A stretch of 64,000 nucleotides of DNA, from the NCBI GenBank assembly GCA_035193785.1, contig CP136572.1, positions 2,420,578-2,484,577 on the forward strand, given 5' to 3'. Position numbers and translations under genes: made by a program. The notes under the pieces were generated by a model that was given only the letters and a program-made list of their open reading frames with translations, did no database searches and was not told the origin of the DNA. Position 1 is the first letter of the stretch; each line of letters starts with the position of its first letter. Of the stretch, positions 47,684 to 59,445 are shown piece after piece. This DNA is from Planktothrix sp. GU0601_MAG3 (GTDB lineage Bacteria > Cyanobacteriota > Cyanobacteriia > Cyanobacteriales > Microcoleaceae).

Positions 47684-49604
47684 ATGCAAATTTTAGATAG
47701 TATTTCTTCTAAACCAATGCCATCCTCCAAATCCGATGCTTTTTTGCTGATTGATCAAGTTTCCAAAGTCTATAACACAGCAAAAGGTGAATATGTTGTG
47801 CTTGAAGATGTCAATCTTCAGGTGCAAGAAGGCGAATTTATTTGTGTTATTGGTCACTCCGGTTGCGGAAAATCTACCCTATTAAATATGGTGGCGGGGT
47901 TTAATCAACCCACCAACGGGGTCATATCCGTTAAGGGACAAGAGATCACCGAACCCGGGCCAGAACGGATGGTAGTATTTCAAAACTATTCCCTGTTACC
48001 TTGGTTAACCGCAAAAGAAAATATCCAGTTAGGAGTTGAGTCAGTATATCCTGACAAATCCAGCGCCGAACATAAGGCAATTGTTAACGAAAATTTAGAG
48101 TTAGTCGGGCTATCGGAAGCGGCCCATAAAAAACCCTCCCAACTCTCCGGGGGTATGAAACAGAGGGTTTCTATCGCTAGGGCTTTAGCCACTCGTCCCC
48201 AAATGCTAATTTTAGACGAACCCTTTGGCGCCTTAGACCCCATTACCCGGGAAGAATTACAGGAAGAACTCTTGAGTATTTGGCAAGATCATCGGATTAC
48301 GGTGTTAATGATTACCCATGATATCGATGAAGCCTTGTTTTTAGCCGATCGCCTGGTGATGATGACCAATGGCCCAGCGGCTCAAATTGGCGAGATCCTA
48401 GATATTCCCTTCTCCCGTCCCCGTAACCGTGCCAAGATTACCGAAGACCCCCGATATTACGAATTGCGGAAACCAGGCCCTAGATTTCCTATTCCGGCGT
48501 TTTGCTCACCATGAAGAAGATCAAGATACCACTGAAGATACAATCACTGACACGGAATCAGCACAAAGCACTACAATAGCACCCAGTTCTAGTCCTATAG
48601 CAACAGAGGTGCTAAATATGCAACCTGATAAACCGAACCCTAACCCCAATCTTAGTCCTAACCTTAGCCCCAAAGATAATCCTTATGCTCAACCTTCTGA
48701 ACCCGAATTAACCCATGGGGCTGACCTCGCAACGGCCGAGGAAGAAATGTCACCTGAAATGAAAACCAAGGTGTTATTTGCTCTGTGGGGAGTAATTCTG
48801 GCTACTTTCATTGGATCAATTGTTTTTAGTTCTACCACCACCGCTAATAAAGAGGAAAAAACCCCAGAGTCTTCCTCGGCGACGATGGGGGAAACGGCAA
48901 CTACCCCCGTTGTGGAAACCATGACTCCGGCAACTATAGCCTCTCCCACCATGGCCCCGACCCCCACTGCCACCTTATCACCCTCTGTCAGTCCCTCTGC
49001 TTCCCTGGAGGCTACGCCAACCGCCTCTCCTAATGTCGTGGCGACGACTTCTCCCAGTCCCAATAGCGTTGCATCTACGACAACAACAACGGCGATCGCA
49101 CCTACCACAACGGCGTCACCAATGGTTTCTCCGTCTCCCGTGGCTACGACATCCCCAACCCCAGGGAGTTTAGCCCCTGCTTCGGTTTCTGCTTCTGCTT
49201 CTCCCGATACAACAGCAATATCACCGACAACATCGCCGACAATATCACCGACAACAACGGCGTCGCCAACCTCCTCTCCCGCTTCCGTGGCAACAGCCCC
49301 TAGTAGCACAACGGCAAAAACCCCTAGTGCGGAGGATTTAGAAAAGTTAAATCAAGAGGTTTTTTCTAACATTAATGAGGCTTGGACAAGTACCCCAGTG
49401 ACCGCAGTTTCTGTTTATCTGGTTAAAGTGAGTCAAACGGGGGAAATTTTGGGTTATGAAGCTAAATCTCCCGATGCGACTGAAAACCTGAATAATACCC
49501 CCCTGCCTCAGTTAGTGAAATCGGATGCGACCCAAACACCCTATACACAATTTGAGGTAACATTTACCCCCGTGGGAACCTTGGATTTAAAACCCGTTCC
49601 ATAG
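47684..49604 (+). CDS. nrtD: Nitrate ABC transporter ATP-binding subunit with long C-terminal extension; +1 indel at 48469-48473
   Basis: ABC motifs; the repaired frame reads YYELRNQALDFLFRRFAH and stays open to 49604. Confidence 0.8.
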
Positions 49605-49830
49605 GGAATATTTTAAGAGGAATTGGGAGTTAATTATTATCCCAATTTCTCTATATAAATAGAAGGGAACAGGGAACACCGGAACGGGGAATGCGGAATT
49701 ACGAATGGGTAATATTATTGAATTTATTAATTTTAATAATTAGTAGGTGAACGGTTGAATCTATAGGTTTATCATTTTTAAACACCAACTTTCATCAAGG
49801 GTTCAAGCCCAACAACTATTTTATAAAACA

Positions 49831-51999
49831 ATGAAATCGATTAAAACACTTTGTCCTTTCTGTGGTGTCGGTTGTGGTTTGGAAATTCTATCCACAGCCA
49901 CGGCCGATCAAGATATTAAAAAAGATGAACCGGAAAACCCGATTTGGAAGGTGAGAGGCGATCGCCAACATCCCTCTAGTTTAGGAATGGTCTGTGTTAA
50001 AGGAGCCACCGTCACCGAATCGATCCACCGTGATCGGCTTTTACACCCGATGATTAGAGAAAACCTAGACCAACCATTCCGCCAGGGGAGTTGGGAAGAA
50101 GCCCTAACTCTGATCGTGGATCGGATCAAAACCGTTCGTGATGAATATGGTTCCGATGCCCTATGTATATACGGCTCCGGTCAGTTTGTTACCGAAGATT
50201 ATTATATCGCGCAAAAACTATTAAAAGGGTGTTTGGGAACCAATAACTTTGATGCAAATTCTCGTTTATGTATGTCATCGGCTGTGTCGGGTTATGTTCA
50301 GAGCTTGGGGTCTGATGGGCCTCCCTGTTGTTATGATGATTTAGAATTAACTGATTGTGCCTTTATTGTAGGTAGTAATACCGCCGAATGTCATCCGATT
50401 ATCTTTAATCGTTTAGCCAAATATCATAAAAGAAATCCCCACGTTAAACTAATTGTGGCTGACCCTCGATATACTCAAACAGCCCAAGCCGCCGATCTGC
50501 ATTTACCCATTCGCCCCGGAACCGATATTGACCTATTTAATGGTATTGGTTATTTACTATTAAAATCGGGAGATATAGATACACTTTTTGTGGATGAATG
50601 TACCCGGAATTTCCCAGAATATGCTGAACTTTTACAAGATTATCCTCCCGAAAAAGTTGCCGAAACCTGTGGAATTACTATCGAAGCTTTAGAAACCGCA
50701 GCCCGTTATTGGCAAGAATCAAAACGGGTTTTATCTCTGTGGTCAATGGGATTAAATCAATCCTCCGAGGGCACGGCAAAAGTGCGATCGCTAATTAATC
50801 TACACCTGATGACCGGTCAAATTGGTAAACCCGGTTCTGGCCCCTTTTCCCTGACCGGACAACCGAACGCCATGGGCGGAAGGGAAGCCGGAGGACTAGC
50901 CCATCTATTACCCGGCTATCGATTTGTGACTAACCCCCAACATCGGGCCGAAGTCGAACGGTTTTGGGGTATTCCCGAGGGTAGAATTTCCCCCTACATC
51001 GGACGCACCGTTTGGGATATGATTCTCGGTTTAGAACGGGATGAAGTGCAGTTTCTCTGGATCGCCGCCACCAACCCCGCCGTGAGTATGCCCGACCTGG
51101 AACGCACCAAAGCCGCCCTGTTAAAATCCCCCTTTACCGTCTATCAAGAGGCCTACTATCCCACAGAAACCTCGGCTTATGCCCATATTTTACTCCCCGC
51201 CACCCAATGGAGTGAAAAAACCGGGGTAATGACCAACTCCGAACGGCGTGTCACCTACTGTCCGGGGTTTGATGTCCCTTTAGGAGAAGCCCGACACGAC
51301 TGGGAGATTTTTGCCGAAGTTGGCAGGCGTTTAGGGTTTAAAGAACAATTTGCTTTCCAAACTCCGGCGGATGTCTATGCTGAATTTGTGCGGCTTACTA
51401 AGGGCCGTCCCTGTGATCAGTCGGGGTTAAGCCATGAACGTTTGCAACAACAGGGGCCGACCCAATGGCCTTGTCCAGTAGGGGAAGTTGACTCTAGTAT
51501 TTCTTCCCAACGCCTCTACACCAATAATTATTTTGCCACCCCCGACGGTCGGGCGATTTTTGGCCCCTATCATTCCAAGGGGTTAGCCGAACCCTGCGAT
51601 CCTAATTATCCCTATGTCCTAACAACGGGTCGTCTGTATGGTCATTGGCACACCCTTACCCGCACCGGGAGAACGGCAAAAACCAAACAAATGCACCCCA
51701 ACCCCTTCATAGAAATTCATCCCCAGGATGCGGCTAATTTGGGGATTGAAAATGGCGATCTTGTGGAAGCCCGTTCTCGACGGGGAAGTTGTCAATTTCC
51801 GGCTAAGGTCACGGCCTTTATTGCCCCGGGCATCGTCTTTGTCCCGATGCACTGGGGGGCATTGTGGGCATCGGACGCAGAAGCCAATAATTTAACCCAT
51901 CCCCACGCCTGTCCCGACTCCCACCAACCGGAATTAAAAGCCTGTGCGGTACAGCTATCAGTGATCAGTGATCAGTTATCAGTCATCAGTCATCAGTGA
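49831..51999 (+). CDS. narB: Ferredoxin-nitrate reductase (molybdopterin)
   Basis: CPFCGVGCG...[47 protein letters not shown]. Confidence 0.95.
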   Translation: MKSIKTLCPFCGVGCGLEILSTATADQDIKKDEPENPIWKVRGDRQHPSSLGMVCVKGATVTESIHRDRLLHPMIRENLDQPFRQGSWEEALTLIVDRIKTVRDEYGSDALCIYGSGQFVTEDYYIAQKLLKGCLGTNNFDANSRLCMSSAVSGYVQSLGSDGPPCCYDDLELTDCAFIVGSNTAECHPIIFNRLAKYHKRNPHVKLIVADPRYTQTAQAADLHLPIRPGTDIDLFNGIGYLLLKSGDIDTLFVDECTRNFPEYAELLQDYPPEKVAETCGITIEALETAARYWQESKRVLSLWSMGLNQSSEGTAKVRSLINLHLMTGQIGKPGSGPFSLTGQPNAMGGREAGGLAHLLPGYRFVTNPQHRAEVERFWGIPEGRISPYIGRTVWDMILGLERDEVQFLWIAATNPAVSMPDLERTKAALLKSPFTVYQEAYYPTETSAYAHILLPATQWSEKTGVMTNSERRVTYCPGFDVPLGEARHDWEIFAEVGRRLGFKEQFAFQTPADVYAEFVRLTKGRPCDQSGLSHERLQQQGPTQWPCPVGEVDSSISSQRLYTNNYFATPDGRAIFGPYHSKGLAEPCDPNYPYVLTTGRLYGHWHTLTRTGRTAKTKQMHPNPFIEIHPQDAANLGIENGDLVEARSRRGSCQFPAKVTAFIAPGIVFVPMHWGALWASDAEANNLTHPHACPDSHQPELKACAVQLSVISDQLSVISHQ

Positions 52000-52042
52000 T
52001 CAGTGATCAGTCATCAGTCATCAGTGTCAGAGTTATCAGTTA
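51956..52042. repeat. Heptamer STRR (ATCAGT[GTC]) overlapping the narB 3' end
   Basis: About 11 copies of ATCAGTG/ATCAGTC/ATCAGTT. Confidence 0.85.
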
Positions 52043-52372
52043 TGGCCGTTGCCACATCTATTAGGACATTCTTGAAAGCTAAAAGCTGCTCATAGTAAGT
52101 ATTTACCTATAGCGAGATTGCCCATTGCCTCTTGCCTATTGCCTCTTGCCTATTCCCATATCAGTTATTGGTGGGGAACCTTTGACAATTTCTATCGACT
52201 ACTAGAATAAGTCAGGAGTTAGAAAAACGGCTAACTCGCATCTACCCCAGAGAAATTCAAAAGTCTGATCAGAACCTTTAAAATCATCTCTGGGGATCAT
52301 GCAAAGTCCCTGAAAAAATGTTAGCCTAAAATAAATAAAGGGATTATTAATTTTATTAAGTTGAGTTGAACT

Positions 52373-53284
52373 ATGAAACCGACATTAACCTTAGCAACAT
52401 TAGTATTATTAGCCAGTTCGATGCTCCCAGCCCATGCTGTGATGCCCAATAACCGGATTAATACGGATTCCGCCAGACAACCTTCTCAAGATTTAATTCT
52501 GGCCCAAAATAATTTTGACCAATATCGTCAACAGCGTCATGCACAGTTGGAACAACAAATGCGGGAGGAGGTGAAAAAACCTCAATATAATAATTTGTCC
52601 GCAGCCCAAAAAGCCCAAATAATTCGAGATGCCCATAAGGCTTTAGATCAAAGTTTAGACCGGGAATATGAAACTTGGAAAAAACAGCAATCTAATAATA
52701 ATGGTCGTTACAACAATAATGGTCGTTATAATAACAACCCTAACAATCCTAATAATCAACAATCCTTTGAGCAATATCGTCAGCAACGCCATGCACAGTT
52801 AGAACAACAAATGCGACAAGAGGTAAATCAACCTCAATATAATAATTTGTCCGCAGCCCAAAAAGCTCAAATGATTCGAGATGCTCATACTAATTTGGAT
52901 CAAAGTTTAGATCGGGAGTATGAAACCAGGAAACAACAATCTAATAATGGTAGTTATAATAACAACCCTAACAATCCCAATAGTCAACAATCCTTTGAGC
53001 AATATCGTCAGCAACGTCACGCACAGTTAGAACAACAAATGCGACAAGAGGTAAATCAACCCCAATATCGTAATTTATCCGCAGCCCAAAAAGCCCAAAT
53101 GATTCGAGATGCTCATACTAATTTGGATCGAAGTTTAGATCAGGAGTATCAAGCCTGGCAACGGGGCAACAATAACGGGAATTATAATGGTCAGTATGAT
53201 TCGGGAAACTATAATGGCAGCGATCGCTATGATCGTTATGATCGTAACAATCAACCCTATCCTAATGGGGGTTACAATCGTTAA
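52373..53284 (+). CDS. Secreted Gln/Asn-rich protein with three internal ~75-aa repeats
   Basis: Signal peptide ending AHA; three copies of F.QYRQQRHAQLEQQMR.EV..PQY.NLSAAQKAQ.IRDAH..LD.SLD.EY. Confidence 0.75.
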   Translation: MKPTLTLATLVLLASSMLPAHAVMPNNRINTDSARQPSQDLILAQNNFDQYRQQRHAQLEQQMREEVKKPQYNNLSAAQKAQIIRDAHKALDQSLDREYETWKKQQSNNNGRYNNNGRYNNNPNNPNNQQSFEQYRQQRHAQLEQQMRQEVNQPQYNNLSAAQKAQMIRDAHTNLDQSLDREYETRKQQSNNGSYNNNPNNPNSQQSFEQYRQQRHAQLEQQMRQEVNQPQYRNLSAAQKAQMIRDAHTNLDRSLDQEYQAWQRGNNNGNYNGQYDSGNYNGSDRYDRYDRNNQPYPNGGYNR

Positions 53285-53361
53285 TCGTAGGGTGTGTAAT
53301 TACAGCACACCAATCATCTAGGATATCTCAAATCATTTGATCATTAATTATAATGAAAGTG

Positions 53362-53389
53362 GTAGGGGCGAATGGCCATTCGCCCCTAC
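53362..53389. repeat. GTAG-type REP palindrome
   Basis: GTAGGGGCGAATGGCCATTCGCCCCTAC is a perfect palindrome. Confidence 0.8.
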
Positions 53390-53573
53390 TCAATTTTTAG
53401 CTTATTTGCTTGTCAATAATCTGAGATCTATGATTAAACTTAATCATAAATCATGGAACCCGATTGCCAAAATGCAATTATTAAAAAATGTTAAACACAA
53501 AAATATAAAAACTTTCTTAAGATTTACAGTTATATTTGAAGATACAAGCCAAAACAACCGGAGTAGTACACCC

Positions 53574-54483
53574 ATGCAAGTTAATCACCTGTTGAGGGAA
53601 TATGAAGAAGGGGAAAGAGATTTTACGGAAGTAGACCTAGAAGGTGCAGACCTATCGGGGGTGATTTTGATTGGGGTTAACCTTTCCAGAGCCAATTTAA
53701 CGGGGGCTAACTTGAGTCGAGCCTTCCTGAGTCGGGTTAAATTGAATGGGGCGTGTTTGCATCGAGGGAATCTGAGTTATGCCAAAATGAATGAGGCAAA
53801 ATTAGGGGATGGAAACTTAACCAAAGCTAATTTGACGGGGACTTTTTTGGTTAATGCTAAACTTCCCAATGCTAATTTAAGCGGTGCGATTTTAGCCGGA
53901 GCTAATTTAAGACGTGCCACCCTACCGAATTCTAATTTATGTTCGGCAAACTTGCAATTCTCCAATTTAAGAGAAGCAAATTTAACCGGAGTTAACTTAA
54001 AATGGGCGAATTTAGTTTCGGCAAAACTCAGTGGGGCTAATTTATTTGGAGCAGAATTAACGGGAGTTAATTTACAAAAAGCCTACCTGAATGGGATTAA
54101 ATTAAGTCGCGTTAATCTTGAGGGCGTTAATCTGCATGAAGCCCGACTGAATGGGGCTGATTTAGAGGAAGCATCCCTAATTAATGCTAATCTAAGTCAA
54201 GCTCAAATGCGGGGTATTCGCTTAACTAAAGCCGATTTAACCGGAGCTAATTTAGAAACAGGCGAGTCTGATGTGGGCGAATTTAAACTGGGCAAAATTA
54301 TCGCAAGCGGACTTGAGAGATGCGGATTTAAGAGATGCTTCATTATTGGGAGCTACCCTGGAAAATACTCAATTCCAAGGAGCACAATTGCCACAATCTT
54401 TAAAACTTTATCTGGATTTAGCAATAACCTGCTCTAATTTATATCAAGGTCATACTCAAAAATGTGCAGTTGAGTTAGGATAA
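53574..54483 (+). CDS. Pentapeptide repeat protein; +1 indel at 54255-54259
   Basis: LL..Y..GERDF start, then continuous A(N/D)Lxx repeats. Confidence 0.88.
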
Positions 54484-54510
54484 TTAAAATTAAGATTTAA
54501 CAGCACATTA

Positions 54511-54834
54511 ATGGCAACGGATTATATTGTAGTTTTTGTTACGGCAAGTTCTCGTTTGGAAGCGGAAAAAATTGCTCAGGTATTGGTGGAAGAAAAACTA
54601 GCCGCCTGTGTTAGTTTAATGCCAATTCATTCTATTTATACCTGGCAATCAGAATTATGTCGGGAGGATGAATGGCAATTACTAATTAAAACGGATCTTA
54701 GACAGTTTGAGCCTTTGGAAATAAGAATTAAACAACTGCACTCCTACGAAGTGCCAGAAATTATTGCTTTACCGATTATCAAAGGTTCGGTAAGTTATTT
54801 AAGCTGGATTTCTGGAGAAATTCAGACTCGTTGA
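54511..54834 (+). CDS. cutA: Divalent-cation tolerance protein CutA
   Basis: LVEEKLAACV, SIYTW, HSYEVPEII.LP. Confidence 0.92.
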   Translation: MATDYIVVFVTASSRLEAEKIAQVLVEEKLAACVSLMPIHSIYTWQSELCREDEWQLLIKTDLRQFEPLEIRIKQLHSYEVPEIIALPIIKGSVSYLSWISGEIQTR

Positions 54835-54922
54835 AAACTTTTTTTCTCTTAATGATTTTATTGGCTTTTATGATGTATTATTGTTCATGGGAGACTTATA
54901 AACTTTAAAGGATTGCAGAATA

Positions 54923-55276
54923 ATGGATACCAGTTTTGTGAATCGGATTGTCATTTCTACTTGTCTATCTTTGCCCCTAATTTCTTTAACCGCCCTGAGT
55001 GCTTTAGCTGGTACGATTAACATTGAAGTGATTAATAATAGTGGGGAAGCGATCAGGGCTCTGTATATCTCACCTGCAAATAAAGAAGATTGGAGTAGTG
55101 ATCAGATCTCAAAAACAATTCCTGATTTTGGTAGATATGATATTTTGGAGTGGGACGACTATGACCTTTGTTTTTTTGATTTTCGTGCTGAATATGAAGA
55201 TGGAACATCAACAGATTTAAGGGATGTTGATCTGTGTAGGAAAGCGTCCGTAATTTTTAAAGAAATTAATCGGTAA
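54923..55276 (+). CDS. Hypothetical secreted protein
   Basis: Signal peptide ending ALA; N.SG..I..LYISP....W..D and C.FD.RA...DG...VDLC. Confidence 0.65.
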   Translation: MDTSFVNRIVISTCLSLPLISLTALSALAGTINIEVINNSGEAIRALYISPANKEDWSSDQISKTIPDFGRYDILEWDDYDLCFFDFRAEYEDGTSTDLRDVDLCRKASVIFKEINR

Positions 55277-55367
55277 CTAGCACTCAACAACAAGTTGCTA
55301 AACTTCTGGAGGTGAATAGTTCATTGATTACGGCGGCGGACTTTTTCGCTAATAATTTCCTTTAGGA

Positions 55368-56562
55368 TTAGGGTTTTGGCTTTTTGGTTGCTAACATCAT
55401 GTTAGATTGATTCACCCCAAACTTATAACCCACTCCAAAATTAAGGGGTTTCACAGCAGCATTGCTTTGATAAACTTTCCTTAAATCCGGTTGATAGCGA
55501 ACACTAAATAAAGGAATTGGAGTGGTATAGGTTCCAAAAAAGTTTAAATTCCATTGTTTTTCTGTAAAAAAGTTAAGGGGAATTCCTGAATCATCCTGTA
55601 AAATGGCTTGACTTTGGGCTAGAATTAACTCTCGAATTCCAGCAAAGGCGGGTCTGTGCATTAAATAGGATGCGGCTTTAAGATAGGTAACGGGTTGCTC
55701 AATTTGTTTGATAAATTTGCTGAATTGGGGTGTTTTTTTCAAGCCGTCATCGGAAATATCGGCGGAAAAATAATATAAAGTTCGAGGTTCTTTTTCTCCT
55801 TGAGGAACAAAATCAATTTTTACCCCGGGAATCATACCTTTTTCAAATTTTTGAACCTTAGCATCCTTATCTAATCCAATATATTGTAATTCTAAAATTC
55901 TATTATTTGTCCTCGCCATAAATAATAAAATTAAAGGTAAAACTCCCTGATTGGATAAATCAGACTTCATTTCTTTGGTTTGAAAAAAGCTAAACTGAAG
56001 TAAAGAATAGAGGGAGTTTTTAACATCCCCCAATTTTTGATGACGCTGAGTTTCTGATAATTCCTTAAGATTGGGCATCGTTTCCCACGGGTTCTAAAGC
56101 CACCAGCACATATTCTTGGGCGGTCGGGAAAAACAAATTAGCATATAGGAAATCCGGCCCACTAAAGGGATAAAAAATCCGAGGATTGGATTGATTAATC
56201 GCCGCTAATTCCTGTTTTGACCAGTCGCTAACTTTTGCCAGTTGTTGTTTTTCTAATTTTGACCAAGCTGGATCAATAAAACTGTGATAATTAACCCAAA
56301 ATTTAGATTGGGTGAGGGAATAAAACTGACTTTTCGGATCAACTTTCATTCCCGCAATTAATTTAGCGGTATCGGTTAAATAATCCGCTTGTTTTTGATC
56401 ATATAGGGCTAAGGGATCAATCGGGGGAGGGGGATTTTCTGGGGAGGTTTTTGGGGTTTCAATTCCTGGGGATTTTTCCGTCTTTTCTTGCAGTTCGGTT
56501 TGAACACAGGACTGCAAACCAACAAAACTTAAAATGATTAGTAATAGGGCTGAGAATTTCAT
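55368..56562 (-). CDS. Uncharacterised lipoprotein; +1 indel at 56080-56084
   Basis: Lipobox LQSC; FYPFSGPDFLYA; YLKAASYLMH; LQDDSGIP; the repaired junction reads LEPVGTMPNL. Confidence 0.75.
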
Positions 56563-56565
56563 AAA

Positions 56566-57996
56566 TTACACCAATTTATTCCGAATACCGATAAAATAGA
56601 AGGGTAAACCCAGGGCAATTGTTCCTAATCCGGCTAAGGATTCGAGGGGTTTATCCTGAAAAATAAATATTAGCATCCAAAGGCTAATTCCTAAAAAAAT
56701 GATCGGGGTTATTGGATATCCCCAAGTTTTATAGGGACGTGGGACATCGGGACGGCGAAAACGATGGACAAACACCCCTAAAACCGTGATTAATGAAGAT
56801 AGGGTTAGGGTAAATGCTAAATAGGTAATCACGGCTTGAAAGCTGGCGGTAATGATTAATATAATTACGATCGCTAGTTGTAAACATAGGGCATAATAGG
56901 GGATTCCATGTTGATTTTTTTGAGCCAAAATTTTAAATAAGGGAATATCTTCCCCGATAACTTGGGTAACTCTTGGCCCAGCTAATACCATGGAACTAAT
57001 GGAAGAAATTAGGCCAAATCCAATTAATAGTCCCATGATTTTTGCTCCCAGATTACCAAAAATTTGTTGGGCGACAATATAACCAATTTCTAATTGTCCG
57101 GCTAATTGTTCAATGGGTGTTGTATAGAGAAAAACAAAGTTCAAAAGCAGATATAAAATCGTAACTATTAATGTACCAATTAATAGGGATTTCGGTAAGT
57201 TTTTCTCCGGTTCCTTAATTTCACTAGCTAAATAAACCGCAGCATTCCAACCGGAATAGGAATAGGTAACATAAACTAAAGAAACGGCAAAAGATGAACT
57301 AAAAATTACCGAAATATCGCTGAAATGGGGTATAAATTCAATGGGTTGGGGGGTGGCTAAAGTTAACCCACTCAAAATAAAAACAATAATCAGGACAACT
57401 TTTAAAACCGTAAATCCCTGTTGAAACACACTGCTAATTTTCAGGGTTTGGGTATGAATCAGAGAGACTAATATTACTGCAATTAAAGCAATTATGGTGG
57501 GATAATTTAAACTAGGAAATACACTGGAGATATATTTTCCTAATGCCATGGCGGCGGCGGCAATGGGAGCGGCAAAACCAACGGAGACAGAAACCCATCC
57601 TGAGAGGAAACCAATCACCGGATGATAAATTTCCGAAAGATAATGATATTCACCCCCTGAGCGGGGCATAGCGGCTCCTAATTCCCCATAACACAAAGCA
57701 CCCGCCAGGGCAAAAATACCACCAATTAACCACAAAAATAAAATGGCAAAACCCGACTGAATATCAAGGACTTGAAACCCCAAACTGGTAAATACACCCG
57801 TTCCAATCATATTAGCAACCACAAGACAAATTGCTGTTGATAATGTGATTTTACCGGGGGATAAACTGGGTTTTTGTAAGGAATTAGAATCGTTCAAAAT
57901 TGTTGTGAAAAATAGGGAATAGGGAATGGGATTTAAAAGTATCCTAACTGTAATGGATGGTGCTATAGTGGTTTTTGGGGCGGGTTTCTGTATCAA
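56566..57996 (-). CDS. APC family amino acid permease (start uncertain)
   Basis: ANMIGTGVF, YGELG.AMPRSGGEY.YL, YSYSGWN, RPYK.WGYP. Confidence 0.88.
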   Translation of the reverse strand: MIQKPAPKTTIAPSITVRILLNPIPYSLFFTTILNDSNSLQKPSLSPGKITLSTAICLVVANMIGTGVFTSLGFQVLDIQSGFAILFLWLIGGIFALAGALCYGELGAAMPRSGGEYHYLSEIYHPVIGFLSGWVSVSVGFAAPIAAAAMALGKYISSVFPSLNYPTIIALIAVILVSLIHTQTLKISSVFQQGFTVLKVVLIIVFILSGLTLATPQPIEFIPHFSDISVIFSSSFAVSLVYVTYSYSGWNAAVYLASEIKEPEKNLPKSLLIGTLIVTILYLLLNFVFLYTTPIEQLAGQLEIGYIVAQQIFGNLGAKIMGLLIGFGLISSISSMVLAGPRVTQVIGEDIPLFKILAQKNQHGIPYYALCLQLAIVIILIITASFQAVITYLAFTLTLSSLITVLGVFVHRFRRPDVPRPYKTWGYPITPIIFLGISLWMLIFIFQDKPLESLAGLGTIALGLPFYFIGIRNKLV

Positions 57997-58021
57997 TTTT
58001 GAATACCCTTCAACAGATAAT

Positions 58022-59396
58022 CTAAACCTGGCCCGATTGTAATTCTAAACACAACTGGCGGAAATGATCACCGCGATGTTCAAAACTTTGATATTGATCA
58101 AAACTGGCACAGGCGGGAGATAATAATACTACTTTCGCGCCTAATTTTGGAGCAATTTCAGAGGATCTGATAATTGCTTTTTCCATGGTTTCCACGATTT
58201 CAAAATTAGAGTAATTTTCTTCTGTTAACCGTTTGGCAAAGGCTTCAGCGGCATCTCCAATTAATAAAACCGAGACAGCTTTTGATTTAATTTGATTAAT
58301 CCAAGCCGTATCTTCTCCTTTTTTGGCTTCTCCTCCAGCTATTAAAATAACTGGGGCATCAACGGCCGATAATCCCACTTCGGCTGCGTCATAATTGGTG
58401 GCTTTACTATCATTAATCCAGTCAATTCCTTGCCAAGTGATAATATGTTCTAAACGATGGGAAACTCCAGGAAAGCTAGAAATTGCCTGACTAATTGCTG
58501 GGGTTTCTATTTTGGCTAATCGGGCGGTGGCGACGGCCATTAAAAGGTTTTGTTGATTATGACTTCCCACCATTTTTAAGGCATCTGCTTGAACTATTTG
58601 ATCCCCATTTTGCATCACCCAATTATTTTTAATATAAAATCCTAATTCGGGGTTAGCAACTAATTTTTCCTGCCCTAAAACACTTGTCCAATAGGCAGAA
58701 ATCCAGCGTTGATTGGCGGTTTCTCTTAAATAGGGATCATCCCCATTAATAATTTGTATTTGGGATTGATAGAGTAATTTAGCTTTAATATCATAATAGC
58801 GTTCTAGGGTGTAATGACGACTCAAATGATCGGGGGTGAAGGTTGTCCAAATGGCAATTTTAGGGGTTAAGGTTGAGGAGGATTCGATTTGATAACTACT
58901 AACTTCTGCTATGATCCAATCTAGGGGTTTTTCTATTCCTTGATATTCCTGTAGGGCTAATTCGCAGGCGGCATAACCAATATTGCCACAGGCGGGAGCG
59001 TTTAAACCAGCAGCTTGAAAAATTGCGGTAGTGAGGGCGGTGGTTGTGGTTTTTCCGTTGGTTTCCGGTAATACAAACCCAGGGCAAATGTCGCAGATTT
59101 CGCCAAGCTAATTCTAGTTCTCCGATGGTTTCTATGGCTAAATTTCGGGCGGCTTTTAACCCCGGACTATCCCAAGGAACCCCAGGACTAACTACGATTA
59201 AATCTAGGGAGGTATCGGGTTGAAAATTATGTCCTAATTCAACTTGAATTCCTTCGGTTTCTAATTGTTGTTTTTGGGTTTCTAGGGTTGGGGAGGAATT
59301 GCGATCGCTTAAAATTACATCCCATCCTTGTAATTTTAACAACCGGGCGGCGGCATTTCCCGATCTTCCTAAACCAATAATATGGACTTTCGGCAT
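58022..59396 (-). CDS. murD: UDP-N-acetylmuramoyl-L-alanine--D-glutamate ligase; +1 indel at 59061-59065
   Basis: [15 protein letters not shown], repaired TGTNGKTT P-loop, [23 protein letters not shown]. Confidence 0.93.
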
Positions 59397-59445
59397 AGAC
59401 AACTTAAAAATCCCTAGTAGATTGTTTTTGATTCTACTCGGATAT

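Noticed and set aside
48689..49309. 206-aa antisense ORF rich in Val/Gly/Ala
   Set aside because: Reverse-strand shadow of the Ser/Thr/Pro-rich nrtD extension
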